Shown: one piece after another, positions 23,901 through 38,260 of the stretch
Layout: every line of letters starts with the position of its first letter
Position numbering within the stretch: position 1 is the first letter of the stretch
Program-made: the position numbers and the translations under genes
Assembly (NCBI GenBank): GCA_023213395.1
Contig: CM041465.1
Span: forward strand, 103,361,741 to 103,425,740
Source: Cycas panzhihuaensis
Lineage: Eukaryota; Plantae; Cycadophyta
Length of the DNA stretch: 64,000 nucleotides
Direction of reading: 5' to 3'
Notes under the pieces: model-generated
Told to the model about the DNA's origin: nothing
The model's input: only the letters and a program-made list of their open reading frames with translations
Database searches by the model: none

Positions 23901-26900
23901 TTATTCTTCAAAACAAGAAAATTTTCTTCCTCCTTGGAACCCCAAGCAAACTTTTTACTAACTTTTGTCAATCCATGTAGAGGTGCTACAACCTGTGAGA
24001 AATGAAGAATGAACTTTCTCAAGTATTGATAAGCTCCTAACAAACTTCTTACCTCTGTGGTATTAGTTAGTCTAGACCATTTAAGGATGGCTTGAGTCTT
24101 AAGTGGATCGATGCTCAACTTTCCTCCTCCAACCATAAAGCCCAAGAAGACTAAGTTCTCCTTATTAAATTCATACTTCTTCACATTAAGCTTCAAATGA
24201 TGCTTAGCCAAAGTCTTTAAAACTTCTTCTATGTGCTAAAAATGTTCCTCCCATATGTTGCTAAAAATAAAAATGTCATCAACATAGACAATAAGAATAT
24301 TATCCAAGTAAGGCCTTAACACTTTCGTTCATTAGCCTCATGAATGTTGTAGGAGAATTATACAATCCAAAAGGCAAAATCATCCATTCAAAGAGTCCTT
24401 TCTTTATTTTGAAGGCTATCTTCCATGTGTCCTTCTCTTTGACCCTAACTTGGTGATAACCACTCTTCAAATCCAACTTAGTAAAATAACAAGTATGCTA
24501 AATTTGATCAAGCAAATCATCCATGTGAGGTAAGGGGTAGCGATTTTAAATTATGATTTTATTTTAAGCATGAAAATCTACACACATTCTCCATCATCCA
24601 TCCTTCTTAGTCACTAAGATAATTGGTGACCTACAAGGTGAACATGAAGGTCTTATGACCCATTAATTAAGAAACTCCTTAACTTGCCTCTTTATCTCAT
24701 TATTCTCTATAATAGAGTGCCTATACAAAGCAATATTATGCAATGGTACATCTTCTACAAGAGTGATTTTATGCTCTATCTTTCTCTTTGGTGGTAGCTC
24801 ATCAACATACTGAAATAGAATGTCATACCTTGTCTTCAACTCCTTAATTTGTTGTATTTGTTTAGGTGATATAAGAAGAGTATGAGTAGAAGGGCCTCCT
24901 TCATCTCTTAGCACTTCTTTGCTCTGTACTATTAAGATGATAAATTTACCACATGCAATGATCATCCTTTTTGCTTGAGTGGCTAAAATTAATGTCATCT
25001 TATCTAAGTGCTTCTTTGTATCCTTTATGATAAAGCCCTTATTATCCTTAATCAACCACTTTCTCTCTATTCAATAGAAGAGTGCATCTTGATCCTATAA
25101 GTAGGGACTCCCAAGTACAACATGGCATACATCTAATGGAACCACATTGCATATCACTTCATCAACAAAATCATTAGTGATAGAAAATTTAAGTGCACAT
25201 TGCTTTGATATTAACATTTCCACATATTTATGGATCTAACCAAGAGAATATGGGTGAAGGTGAGGAGTAGTTACCAACCCAAGGCTCTTCACCAAATTTT
25301 CTAAGATTAAATTATTTTGGCTCTTTGGATCTATAATGATGCCAATAGCATTATTTCCTACTTAAAGCTTTAAGTGAAACAATTCCTCCCTTGTAGCATC
25401 ATCTTCATAATTTGTAAGTAGAGTAACTTTCTCTTCTTCATTTTCACTTTAAAGCTCTACCTCTGAAAGTAGTGCTTTCCATTTTTCCTCTTTCTTGATT
25501 CCATGTCCTTAATATGTTTTGGTTTTAGCTCTAGTTGAAACTTCCAACACTTTGTTGTAACATGACCACTAATATTATAATGCTCATAATAGTTAGAACT
25601 TTGAATAAAATTAGTTTTTTTCTTCTTCCATTCTTGCCTTTCATATGAGTGCAATTTAGGATTTTTTTCGTGTTTATTAGAAGTAAAAATAGAATCTTTA
25701 GACATAAATGTAGGTTTCTTGCTTTTACTTTCTCTTGCAATAGCCATTTTACTTCTCCAATAGATTGAACCTTAAAAATCCTTAGTTCCTTCTTTAGGTA
25801 ATCATGTAATCCTCTAATGAATTTCATAAGAGTACTATATTCATTTATATTAATACCAAGTAATATGCCTTACTTGAAAAATAAAGAAGTATAGTTCTGG
25901 ACACATACACCTCTCCCTTGGCATAAATATTGCCAAGTGACCCATTAGTCTTCCTCATGACCTATGGAGTAGTATTGTTTCTTTATTACTTTCATAAAAT
26001 CTATCCAAGAAAAAGAAAATACATCATGAGTCTTCAAATATATATTTCACTATGTCAATGTATGTTTACATAATTTGAGCCTAGTAAATGAATGATTTTG
26101 AGCATTACTATAAGCATAAATTATGAAGTAGGTTTTAAGTTGATCCAACCAATGGTCCAACCTTTTAGTATTTACCTCTCCATCATAAGTTAGAATGTGC
26201 AATTTTGCTTCTACCTTGAAGGGTTGATGAGATAAAGTACCCTTTCTTTCTACAAATAAGTGATTTAAGATCTCCTCCTCTTCTTCTTCATGGTTGTGGT
26301 TATCCATGTATCCTCCTTTAACTTCTTTCTCTTTGCCTTTGCCCTTGACTAGAGATAGAACTTGGGCCATCATTTATATCAAGACTTCTATGTTTTTCTC
26401 AAGTTTCTCAAGTCTAATTTCTCCATCTTCTTTTTTAGCCATGGTGCTTAGATTCTTTCTTTACCTTCTTGGTTATTGAAACACAAGAAAAACTTCTCCT
26501 TTCTCTTAGTATTCTTTCCTTATTTATACCATTTAAGTCCCTACAACAAAGATCACATACTCTGATACCAAAAGTATGATCCCAAAGTAGAGTGTAATTG
26601 GTGAAGAAATTAATTGCCAATCTTTTTCCTTGAGATCTTAGGATGTTAGTGTAAGATTCCCAATAATATCAATAAAAGAGTAAGCCCATAAAGGGATACT
26701 CTACACCAACTCATGCATACTTACCATTACTCTAAGGTAAGAAGAATAATACTTTTATTACACTAGAAAAACCTCCATTTAATGGTGAAGAAAAAAAATT
26801 AGCAAAAAATAGGTAAGTTATAATGAAGAAATAATATAACAATACCACAAGAGGCCTCCAAATTCCTAAGACTTCTTTAATAAAGCTTCTAATCTCCAAA

Positions 26901-27532
26901 ATAGATGCTTGAAGCATTGAAATTTACCTCCTCTATGGTCTCTAACACCTTCTAAGTGTTGCCTTAATATTGCTCCCAAGTCAAGTGTCTCTCACACACA
27001 AGAACCAAGTCTCCAACATTAAAAATGAGCTCAAGAGGCTCAATTTATAGAAGGAAATCCATCAATAACAAAAATATATATTTTTCAAGTGGCATTCATG
27101 TAAGTCCAATCACCAACAACCAAAATACATATTATCCAAGTGGCATTCATGCAAGTTCGAAAAGTTGTGGCTTGGTACCTAGGGCTAATAACTCTAATTA
27201 AGATAAAATTTAGTACACATATAGGAACATATGTTCCCTTTATGTCCTCAAAAGTTTAACTCATTTGGATATCATTTTCCCTTATTTTCACTAATTTAAA
27301 TATAATATATACTTGTTATTCTTTTGTTATCCATGGGAGCTATTTTCTATAAAACAAAGCTTTCCATCTAGTCAAATGATATTTTTTGAATCCTACCTTT
27401 TGTAAACATGTAATGGGATGTGTCTTCTTCCTTTCCATAAAATTTCACATTATTTTGATACCATTTTATAATATTTCTTTTAGTTGTACCAATGCCTATC
27501 ATTTTTTTCATAACGTAGATCCTCCTGGATCA
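20986..27532 (-). mobile_element. Ty3/gypsy element G2, structurally complete and decayed (chromovirus; CRM-like termini and gag)
   Basis: LTRs 20986-21952 and 26577-27532 with TGATCC...GGATCA outer termini. TSD TTCAA (20981-20985 and 27533-27537). PBS 26559-26570, PPT ~21953-21968. gag ORF 26050-26373, RT with VYVDDI (~24273-24290), ORF 23861-24211, integrase ORF 22788-23219, chromodomain-like remnant ~22020-22150. Confidence 0.93.
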
Positions 27533-27753
27533 TTCAAGGTTTAAACCCCATGCATATGCTGGATAAAGCCCTTTTCCCTATAGGGGTCCCCATGTATCCC
27601 AAATTAGGTGGAATTATAACGTAGATGATGTATACTATAATGGCCTCCTCATCACGAAGAAGTATTAAACTATGGCTAGTTCACTTATCGAGGAGTCCTC
27701 TTCCCAAATCACCTATGAGTTTTTGGTGTAACGATAAATCACAAGTGATATCA

Positions 27754-30700
27754 TTAAGGAATCATAAATCTAAGGAATAAATCACTCACATGCATATAAT
27801 AGCAATGGAGAATGAAGAAGAGATGAAAATAAAATATGAGAGCAAAGCTTGGAGGTGAGAATGAATAATGACTCCCTCCTTGAGATTTCACCTTTTATTA
27901 TTGAGGATGAGTATTAGGGTTAGGATTTTCTTACCTAATGACATAAACTCAAAATTACATCTAAATATACATAAAGTGTATTTTACTAAGAGACTAATAC
28001 TAATAATATACCATAAGGTTACTTAATTAATCTATACAAATAACCTTAATACATTAACCTCTTTTAATCCTCCCATTAATGGTGGAAGGTCATTTTAAGA
28101 AAATCTATTATATAAGGTCATCATTTAAGCCTCATTATTATATAAAAATTGTAAATGACACTTTTGTTAGAAAACCCTTATGGGGAACAAAAACCCACAA
28201 ATTTTCTAAGATCTAGAGCCCCTTTTATAAATTAAAATGGATAAGATGGCTCTTGATATAGCCTAATAGCTAAGCAATTTAAATGTTCAGCTTGATCTAC
28301 TAAGTCTCCATATATTATTTGGTTATCCTATATGCCCTTTCAGGTTTTCACAGGTTTTAATTTTCTAAAACTAGTACAACTCTTATCCTTCTTTATCCAC
28401 ATGGGATTTTCACAAATAAGATGGAGCAGAGATTTACTCTTATTCTTTTATGCCCACAAGGGATTTTCATGAATAGAATAGAGGATGATGATCATATTAT
28501 CATCTTCTTTGATTAGTCAAATATGGAGACCCTAAGGTCGAGCTGTCTTTAGAACTTTTTAAACTTCACCTTTTACAATGGTTTGGTAAAGATATTGGCC
28601 ACTTGATCTGTTATGTGGTAGTATTCCAATTGAATTATGCTATCATAAACTAGTTCTCTAATCCTATAGGCTTTTATACTTATATGTTTGGTAGGAGCTG
28701 TTGGAGCAATTCCACTAGAAGTAGGTGTTGTAGCTATTATAAGTGTGATGGATATAGGCTACAAATGGGCTCTCCAAAGGCCTTCATACTTTGAAATATT
28801 TTTAACTCTAATGTACCACAAATTCTAATTTTCTTTGTCTTTCAATATACAATTAACATTTTTCTTGAATTGAGATGGTATAGTGATGATGAAGAAGTAG
28901 AAGAGATAATATAAGTATGTGCTATTGACATATGTGGCTAGTACACCTAACACAATAGGGATGCATAAATGAATACTATGATAAGGAGGCAATTAATGAT
29001 TAAGTATTTTTTAATAACTATGAAGAATGAGTATAAGTAATGATGCAAGAATGAGGCCTAATATAGAGCTAATAAGGAGTGATGATGTGTCATACCACTA
29101 ACCTCTAACTTAAGTCCAAATATAGGTGAGGTTTTAATGATTAAGGCTTCTAGTATATGATTAGGGCCTTCACTTATAATACCTGCATTTGTGCTTAGTG
29201 ATAAAATCCAAGTTACAGTAGATCCTGAGTACTCCTAGTCCTCATCCAATTCACTAGTGAGTAACTATATACCTCCTCTGAAGAGTCAAATAGTACATAT
29301 ATATCTCATGGATAGGATGGATATTAGACGAAGTTGATTTTAATTTTGCATTAAGGTTTTAGTTATCCTGACTAATTATCAGGATAATCCTTAAAGGGAG
29401 CTTATAAGTATGGTTAACTTATTACTCCAGTAATAGTCTAATTAAGACTAGACCTAGTATGAAACTCACACCTCCCTTAAGGCTAAGACTTTGGCCAACC
29501 ATAATCTATTTCAACTAAGACAAGTATGCACACAAGTCAAGAACTAGTAGTATAAGTCGAATGTAATGGGTTCATTTTAGGGGATATACAAATATATTTG
29601 CATTTATGTTACTAAGATGAATTACTAATATGTCGATTCTTACTTTTATGCCTTATTTATATTACTTTTATCTATCAATATACATGCACATAAATAAACA
29701 TACAAAGATGCTAAGTATAAATACCAAATTTTGTTATGATCTTGGTGTTTTACTATTACAATGAGTTTTTTTATTACTTTTTCTATTTAAGAAACCCCTT
29801 CATTTTAGTTAAGAAAAAGGAAAAAGCAAAAAAAACTTGGAAATTTACTTCTAAACTTAAATTTTAACCAAAAGAGAAAGTATTAGGAAAAGCAAGATGA
29901 AGCTTAATCTTTTGTCAAAAACTTCTATATGTCCATGTAATTATATAAAATGGCTAAAACATTTTAGCTCAAAACTTCACTCTCTCAAATGATAGATCTT
30001 GCTATTATGAGTTAAAAAGTCTTTTGGTAAAACTTTTGAAAATGAGCAAAAATAACCTAAAACTCATCCAAACCCCTATGAGACTTTCCTTGGTAAAAAT
30101 CTAAATTTTAAAGAAATCTCTCTCTCTCTAGTAAATCAAATATGATAAAACTTAATTTATTAGATTTCTTGAGATTAAATCTACTAAAGCCCTTGAAAAT
30201 TTTTGATATGCATTAAAAGTTTCAAGAAAATTTCTCAAAAAATAGTCAAACTAGGGCCATTTAAACTTCTCATTTTTTAGGCCAATCGAGCTAGAATTTG
30301 GAGATGGTGCAAAAGATAAAAATATTTGTCTTACTTGGGCATCCTTCCTTGCAAGTTTTTAGTGAAAATTGATGACTTTTAATTTTTACATATCATAGAC
30401 TTAAACAACATTTTTCTGAATAGTTTAGGCTTATTTCTGCCACTTACAAGCAGCTAGAATTTTACCTTCTAACTTTACAACATAGATTTTATAACTAACA
30501 AATGATTTATGATGAAAATTTAATAGAATCTTCCTTAGTAAAATTTAAAATTAGCTATAAATATTGATAAAAAAACTAATTTTTTTGGGAGCTTAAAGCC
30601 AAGAAACCTTCTTCTAGCTAATAGTTTTGATCTTTAATGCACTTGCAAATAAATAAAAGATACTGAAATATGTTGTTAATGAAATACAAGCTTTGTATAA

Positions 30701-31141
30701 TAAAAAAGTTCTCAAAATTTTAAAAATAATAAGCGCATTCTCAATACTTCACATGAAAGGTAAAGGAAAGGTAAAATGACTCTATGTAAATGGAATGGAG
30801 TGAATAGATTCCCTTCTAGCTTTAATACCATATAAAGAAAACATAGATCTAGGGAATAAATTACTTACATATACACAATAGAAATAGAGAATGAAGAAGA
30901 TATGAAAACAAGATATGAGAGCAAAGTTTGGAGGTGAGAATGAATAATGACTCACTCCTTAAAATTTTACTTTTTATTATTAAGTATAAGCATTAGGGTT
31001 AGGATTTTTTAGTCTAATGACATAAACCTAAAATTACATCTAAATATATATAAAATACATTGTACTAAGAGACTAATATTAACAATATATCCTAAGGTCA
31101 CTTAATCTATACAAATGACCTTGATACATTAACCTCTTTCA
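27754..31141 (-). mobile_element. Internally deleted Ty1/copia element C5 (same family as C8), non-autonomous
   Basis: LTRs 27754-28066 and 30833-31141, PBS 30819-30830, PPT 28067-28079. Only the gag N-terminus (~28693-28860) and RNase H C-terminus (~28560-28692) remain. 27754-28692 is colinear with 55762-56682. Confidence 0.88.
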
Positions 31142-34100
31142 AGTTTAAGAAATCATTAAATCAAAGAATAGCTCCACCACCAATGTATTCATATAGATAT
31201 GGACAAGGACAAAGATAAGCAAAAACATCTTCATTGATATCAAATTATAGAAAAGGTAATTTTAGATATAATTATAGAAAATTATAATAAGGATATAGAT
31301 ATGGACAAGGATAACAAGGATACTTTTAGTTAGGAAGAGGAAGATCAAAAGGAATAAGCTATTTAAGAAGAAGGAATCCCTTCCATCAAGAGGGAGAAGT
31401 ACTTTAGGAGGAAGAGGTAGAACATTATCAAGAGGAGTTAGAAGAGGAAGATGTTTTATTACTTCTTATTACAAGTATGGAATAGAAGGACAATATTTAT
31501 ATGAGTATCATCAAGATAACATAGCTAATACTATAAGTGATAGAGAAGATAACATTTTATATATAAGCTTAAATATTCAAACTTCTAATAGAAAAGATAA
31601 ATGGTATATTGATTCTAGTTATTCAACTCATATGTCTTAAAATACATAGGTATTTTCTTAGATTTATAAAGAAAATAATCAAAGAAAAGTCATATTTAGA
31701 AATGACAATACATAAGAAATCCAATGACAAAGAGTTGTAATAATTCAAACTAAAAGTAGAGTAAATAATAATATTTAAAATACCTTATTTATACCTAGAT
31801 TGAGAAGGAACCCATTATTTGTTGGTTAAATGATAAAATAATAATATAGGGTAGTCTTTAAAAATAGAGAATGTGAAATAAGTAATAAGTTATATAATGG
31901 TGTTGTAATTACAAGATGCTAAATAATGAAAGATAGATTATTCAAACTTATACTTTCTCTATCTATATAAGAATTGAATGCTTCAATCTCAAATGATAAC
32001 ATACTTTGGCATCATAAATTTGGTCATCTCAATTATGGTGTACTTAGTATTTTAAAGAGAAAAAGTATGGTTACAGAACCCCTAGCTATTTAAGGTAATA
32101 ATAGAGTTTGTAAAGGTTGTATCTATGGAAAACAACATAGAAAACGTTTTTCTGATTTAGATTTCTAATCTAGATATCCGCTCTAATTAGTTTATGTAGA
32201 TTTATATGGCCTAATAAGAACTCTAACATTTGGAAATACTGGATTTTTCTTTATTCTTATTTATGATTTTATAAGGAAACTTTGGGTATATTTCCTTAAA
32301 AAGAAGTTTGAAATATTTTTTAGATTTATTGAATTCGGAGTTATAGCTGAAAGATAAAGTGGTTACATGCTATAAACTCTTTATTTAGATAATGGTGGTG
32401 AGTTTATCTCAAATGATTTTAGATATTTCTATAAAAAAGTTGGTATAAGAAGGTAATTCACTAATTCATATATATCTCAAAAAAATAGAGTTGCTAAAAG
32501 AAAAATTAGAACAAATACAGAAATAGCTAGGTGTATACTTAAGACAAAGGAGTTGAGTAATAAATATTGGGTTGAAGTAGTAAGTATTATTATATATCTA
32601 CTAAATGCAAGTTTCACAAAGGTAATTGAGAACTTAACTCCTAAAGAATATTGCTTAAGATATAAGCTAGATATTTCACATTTTAAAATCTTTAGGTGCA
32701 TTACTTATACTCACATTCCTAATGAGAATAAATCTAAGTTGGAAAGTAGCAAGAACATTTCATAGGCTACTCAAGTCAATAAAAGGCCTATAGATTATTT
32801 GAACCAATTATAAGGAAATTCATGATAAGCAAAGATGTAATTTTTGATGAGAATGTAATCTATAAACCTAAAGAAGATAAAGGAAAATAGGTTACTATTG
32901 AAGCAAATTTAGAACCATTGTCACTTTAAAATTCATCTTCATCAATATTGATTCTAACACTAAGTTCAAGTTAAGATTCATGTACCACTCAAGGTTTATC
33001 ATCATCAAGTCAAGAATATGCTACAATTTCCACTCTAGGTTCATCTTTATCAAGTCATAAATAAGCTATAATTCTAAAATGGCTAGTTAGAAGTCATAAT
33101 CCAGAAACTATGCTTACCAAAGATTTTAACAAAAGGTTAACTAGATCTCAAGCTAGAGTTAACTATGTATTTATGGCTTAAGTTAAACAAAATAATGAGT
33201 CATAATTTTATGAAGAAGCTATTAATAATAATGATTAGGCTAAAGTTATGCAAGCATAATATAATTCCTTAATTAAAATAAAACTTAGAATTTGGTGAAG
33301 TTACCTATCGATAAATAAGTCATAAGAACAAACTAGATTTATAAAGCTAAGTATAAATTTAATGAAACTATTAATAAATATAAGGTAAGACTTGTGGCCA
33401 AAAGTTATTCTCATAAAAAGGAACTAATTATGAAGAAACCTTTACTCTAGTTTCCAAATTAGATACAATTAGAAGTCTATTATACTTAGCTACTCATCAA
33501 AGATGGATCGTATATCAAATGGAAGTCAAGTCATCATTTCTTAATGGATACATTGATGAAGAAATTTATGTTTTATAATATCAAGGATTTGAAAAACAAA
33601 GAGAAGAACACTTAGTTAACAAGTTAAAGAAAGTCTTAGAAGGACTAAAACAAGCTCCAAGTGATTGGTATTCTAAAATTGACAATTACTTTTAGGATAA
33701 AGGATTTCTAAAATTCACATAAGATCTAAATCTATATGTTAAAACCATAGACACTTTAATACTTATAATTGCTCTCTATATTAATGATCTTATTTGTACA
33801 GGTAATAATGATGAAATATTCGAAGAATTTAAGGATAACATGAATTTAAAATTTCAGATGATAGATCTAAGATAATTTTATTACTTCCTTGCTATGGAAA
33901 TTTAATAAGGTGAAAAAGGAACCCATATGTCACAAAGTAAATATACTATAGATATATTGAAGAAATTGAACATAAGTGAATGCAAGTCAAGTTCTACTCC
34001 TATTGAACTCAGGTTAAAGTTAAGTAAAAATAAAGATTCTATTTTAATTGACTCTACTATGTATCATCAATTGATAGGAAATCTGATTTACTTGAATACT

Positions 34101-34680
34101 AGGCTAAACAGACTTAGAGATATTTGTCAAAACTAAAGGAAGAACATTAGGGAATAACAAAAATGATTCTTAAATACATCAAAAGAACATTAAACTATGG
34201 ACTTTGGTACACTCCATTAGAAAAATTTAAGTTGATTAGATATTCAGATGTAGATTAGGCAAGTGGTATTCAGGATAGAAAATCAATTTCAAGATATGTA
34301 TTTAATGTTGGTTCAACATTAATATCATGGAATATGAAGAAATAACCATTAATTTCTTTATTTGTAGTAGAAACAAAATATAAAGCAATTAAGTTAGCAA
34401 GAAGAAAAACAATTTAGATTAGAAAATTTCTTAAAGACTTTCATCAACGTTAACAAAAACTAATAATGATATTTTATGATAATTAAAGTACAATCTAAAT
34501 GACTAAAAATCTAATTATATAAAGTAAAATAAAGAATATAGATATTAGATATCATTACATTAAAGAACCCATTCAAAATCAACAAGTTTAACTTTAATAT
34601 TATAAAACAAAAGACTAAGTTATAGGCATCCTCACTAAGGTATTATCAAAATACAAGCATCTCTAACTTAGATAAAATGT
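31142..34680 (+). pseudogene. C4 gag C-terminus, protease, integrase, RT and RNase H, decayed
   Basis: RG-rich gag, WYIDSSYSTHM (~31602), WHHKFGHLN (~32008), integrase ORF 32553-32765, FLNGYIDEEIYV (~33537), RT ORF 33927-34136, IDIRYHYIKE (~34538). Confidence 0.88.
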
Positions 34681-34960
34681 AGGTATACATCCAAATGTGT
34701 ATTATATAGGAGTATTAGAAGATAATACACATTCAATGTAATTAGTTAAATAAAAGGTCATATATAATTGGTTAATATAAAGACCAAATATGATTGGTTA
34801 TAAGTGAGGCACATATACCCATAACATGACTATAAGTATACCTATAAGGTGAGATGTAAGATGATTGAGTTCATGATTATGTTGAGATCCATTATGGTAT
34901 TACTCGAATGATATTATATCGATCTTGGTTATGATATCCTATTTTGTTACATTTCTAACA

Positions 34961-35800
34961 AAATTCACCTCAAGGTTTTGGCAAATTATACTTCAAAAAC
35001 TATGAATAAAGTTAAAGTTTAGTACAATATAGTATTCCAAGATATAATCAAATAGAGAGGGTGAATTAAGTACTCAAGGATTTACTTCAAATGCATACCA
35101 TAGAGCAACCAACTCACTAAGATAATTATCTTCACTTAGTATAATTACTTATAATAACATAACCCATTCCTCATTAAGCATTAGTCCATTTGAGGCATTG
35201 TATATCGGGATGTGCAACATGCTACTCAAAGGGGTAAATTTTCAAGATAGGTATACCTTGGGACTAGAAATACTATAAGAGCTATACAGGAAGGTAGCCA
35301 ACATAAGATAGTAACTAATGATAGCATAGAATATGCATAAAAGTTATGAAAACCTAAAGAGAATAGGTAAGAGAGCTTCAAGTTGGAGACCATGTCTTTT
35401 TACAAGTAAGACCTAAGCATAGCTCTCTTAGCTTAGAAAAGTATAAGAAATTGCCACCAAGGTATTATGGTCCATTTGAAGTCCTTGAATAGATTAGACA
35501 GGCTGTATATAAGTTGGACTTACTACCAAAATTATAAATATATAATGTATTTTAAGTTTTGTTATTAAAAAATTATGTGCTAGATTTAAAACATATATTT
35601 AAATGGATTGACCTTATAGTAGGACCTAATATTAATTTCAAGGAGGAGCCTCTAAGAATATTAGATTGAAGGGAGAAAATCTTATAAAATAGAAGCATCT
35701 AACAAGTGAAGGTATAGTGGAAGCATCTAACTCTAGAAGAAGCAACTTAGAAGCTAGAAATTCACATGAAGTAGTAATATCCCTAATTGTTTATTGTAGA
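34961..35800 (+). pseudogene. G1 integrase C-terminal part, GPF motif and chromodomain
   Basis: FTSRFW, KLPPRYYGPFEV, EEPLRILD...QVKV*WKHLTLEEAT. Confidence 0.88.
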
Positions 35801-35843
35801 ATAAAATTATATCGGGATGATGCCTTTGTAAGAGAGTGGGGGA

Positions 35844-38260
35844 TGTAAAGACTTGTGAATCCCTAGACTTCTTAATTAACGATGGACAAACCAAGGTACT
35901 AATCAGGGATAGATCAAGGTACTAATTATGGATAAACTAAGGTATTTACTAGGAGCAAAGCATAAGTTAAATAGATATATAATATATAATTTTACTCTCT
36001 TGTTGTTCATCCCATGTAAGGTGTATGTTTATCTATGAGACACAAGGCATATAGATGTATTATTTTCTTCTCTTAGGATAATTTTTTCATCCCATGTAAG
36101 GTGTATGCCTATTTGTGCAACACCAAGTATAGGGATGCACCACTCTAAATTATTAGTCTATTAGGTAGCTTAGTGATTAGGCTTTAGCCCATCTAGACTT
36201 AAAACTACTAATCTTATTTAATATAAGCCTACTCTTTTATTTATTAAAGTAACTAGATTACTTTAGATGGGTAGTATAGATAGGGGAGCACATAATATGA
36301 ATGGGAGAGGAATGGAGAGGAAACATAGATGTGAGGATAGATAATAGGTCTTAGAATTTTTATAAGATTTTCTTGGGATCAACACATTAAGGTTCCTAAA
36401 TAAAAGACTTCTCATAATTTTATAATTGAACAAATGAGACTAAGTGTTTAATGACTTAACTTTAAATTTATAAAATGAAGAATAAATGAGCACTTCATAG
36501 TTTCAAAAATGAATAATTGGATGAGAAAATACAAAGAGAAGCCCTCGTAACTTCATGAATGGATTGTCAAACACTATCATAACTAAAAAGGGCATGAAAT
36601 ACAAGAAACTAAGAGGTTTAAAATCTTGATTTTTGAGCCTCCAAGAAGTACAAGGTAATTTTGATAATAAAGAAGATTAACAAAAATAAAAAAAGGAAGA
36701 AGATGAATAATAGTTATTAGAACAATGATTATCTCTCAAAGAAGAGAGAGAGAGAGAGTATGTGTGTGTTTGTGGAAGGGAAGTAGAGGATCATCCATGT
36801 GGAGATTTTAGGGATAGAATAGTGGGAAAATAGAGGGCAAATAGAATCTATATAAATACTCTTCAAGATCAAAGTCATAGGACAATTTAGCTTAACTAAT
36901 ATAATCTTAGATTTAGCTATACAAAGCAGTTGAGAACTATATGATTGAGTCTTTATTGAGATGCATAGGATAAAGGAGCTATACAAGATTAATCTTTTGG
37001 TAAATAACATATAGTTAGTCCATATGAATGTTCTTTAGTTTAGCTTCTTAGGATAGATAAAGTCTATGTAAACAATCTTACGTTCAAGTTTATAGAGCTA
37101 ATAAATTAGCACTTAGAGTAATCCTTTAAGATTTTATCTACACCTTATATGAGGGAAATATTTGGTAACTAACATAGTTAGGTATAACCATTATTGTTTT
37201 AATCTTATTTGATTATCTTAAAGGTCTTAAATTTATAGTTTAAGATATGGTTGGATGTGTCCCCGCTATGCTTTAGGTATTGATAGGGCTATATTTATCC
37301 CCTATATTCTTTGGTTATTGATGAGATGGGGTTGGGTGTATCCTCTTAATACTCTAGTTACTATTGAGGTAGGATTAAGTATGTCTCCCCTTAATTATAT
37401 GCATGAGTAATTCCTATAGAGTATGGATTTGTTGTCTCATACGTATATAGGTTATATGGTATGAAACACACTTCTCATATGGATAGGAGTTGGTGATTAT
37501 ATATGTAAACATTGTATGATATGAAGCACACAACCATTACTTTGGTATGTTATGTGGTATAGGATAGGCACAATCACATAAAGATATAGTCTAAAGATAT
37601 TAACTCAACAATGGTACATATGTAGTTGGAACTCCTAAATATATTATAAGAATTGATTTCTAATAGAAATTTTTAAAATAATATAATAATATTTATTCTA
37701 TTTTTATTTTCAAATAAGAATGTTTTGATTTATAACAAAGAGTTCAAAAGTAACTTAGTAGTGTTTTTAGGAGTAACATAAGACTAAAAAATAATCATCA
37801 TTATTTTTAATCATAATGTGTAAATAATGAAGGCATTTGGGTAGGTTTTGGGTTGAAAGTTAAGTGAATTACTAGTAGTCAACATTCATATCATGTACTC
37901 TAGCTTGGGGGAGCTTTTCTTATGATTGTTATTAGTTGGGTAGTGAATCTATCTAAAATAATTTAGTTATATTTTTTTTTAGTTGAAATGATTATGTACA
38001 AGATGTAGCAATGGTGAATTATATTACTATATTTCCTAGAATCCTCTATAGAAATTTAGGGTTGTTGTATTAATGCTTGAATTCTACTTGTAAATATCAT
38101 TGATTCTCTTAAAACATCTTTAGGCACATAATTTTTTTATTATGTATGATTTGTAAACTCTAATTTTAGCTTCCATAATTTAATAGATATTGGCTTAGTT
38201 GAAAAACTTAGGTGAATCATATTTAAGATGGGTCATAGCTAATCATAGGAGGCCAAGATA
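35844..38260 (+). repeat. G1 3' LTR (~2.4 kb)
   Basis: Follows PPT AGAGAGTGGGGGA (35831-35843) and aligns with both segments of the 5' LTR. The right end is approximate. Confidence 0.88.

Larger units (their letters stand above)
19270..34960 (+). mobile_element. Ty1/copia element C4 inserted into G1 integrase and carrying further nested elements
   Basis: LTRs 19270-19519 and 34713-34960, PBS TGGTATGAGAG 19520-19530, exact TSD AAATT (19265-19269 and 34961-34965). Removing it restores host DVKF-TSRFW. Coding remnant at 31142-34680. Confidence 0.93.
2075..38260 (+). mobile_element. Ty3/gypsy chromovirus G1 (Tekay/Del-like), ~10 kb native length, split by nested insertions
   Basis: Paired long LTRs (2075-8055 interrupted; 35844-~38260). 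PBS 8058-8070, gag-PR-RT-RH 8640-11760, integrase 18650-19269 continuing 34961-35560, chromodomain ~35640-35790, PPT 35831-35843. Confidence 0.92.

Noticed and set aside
27913-27925. Telomere-like TTAGGGTTAGG
   Set aside because: Fewer than two full units, and part of the C5/C8 family LTR.
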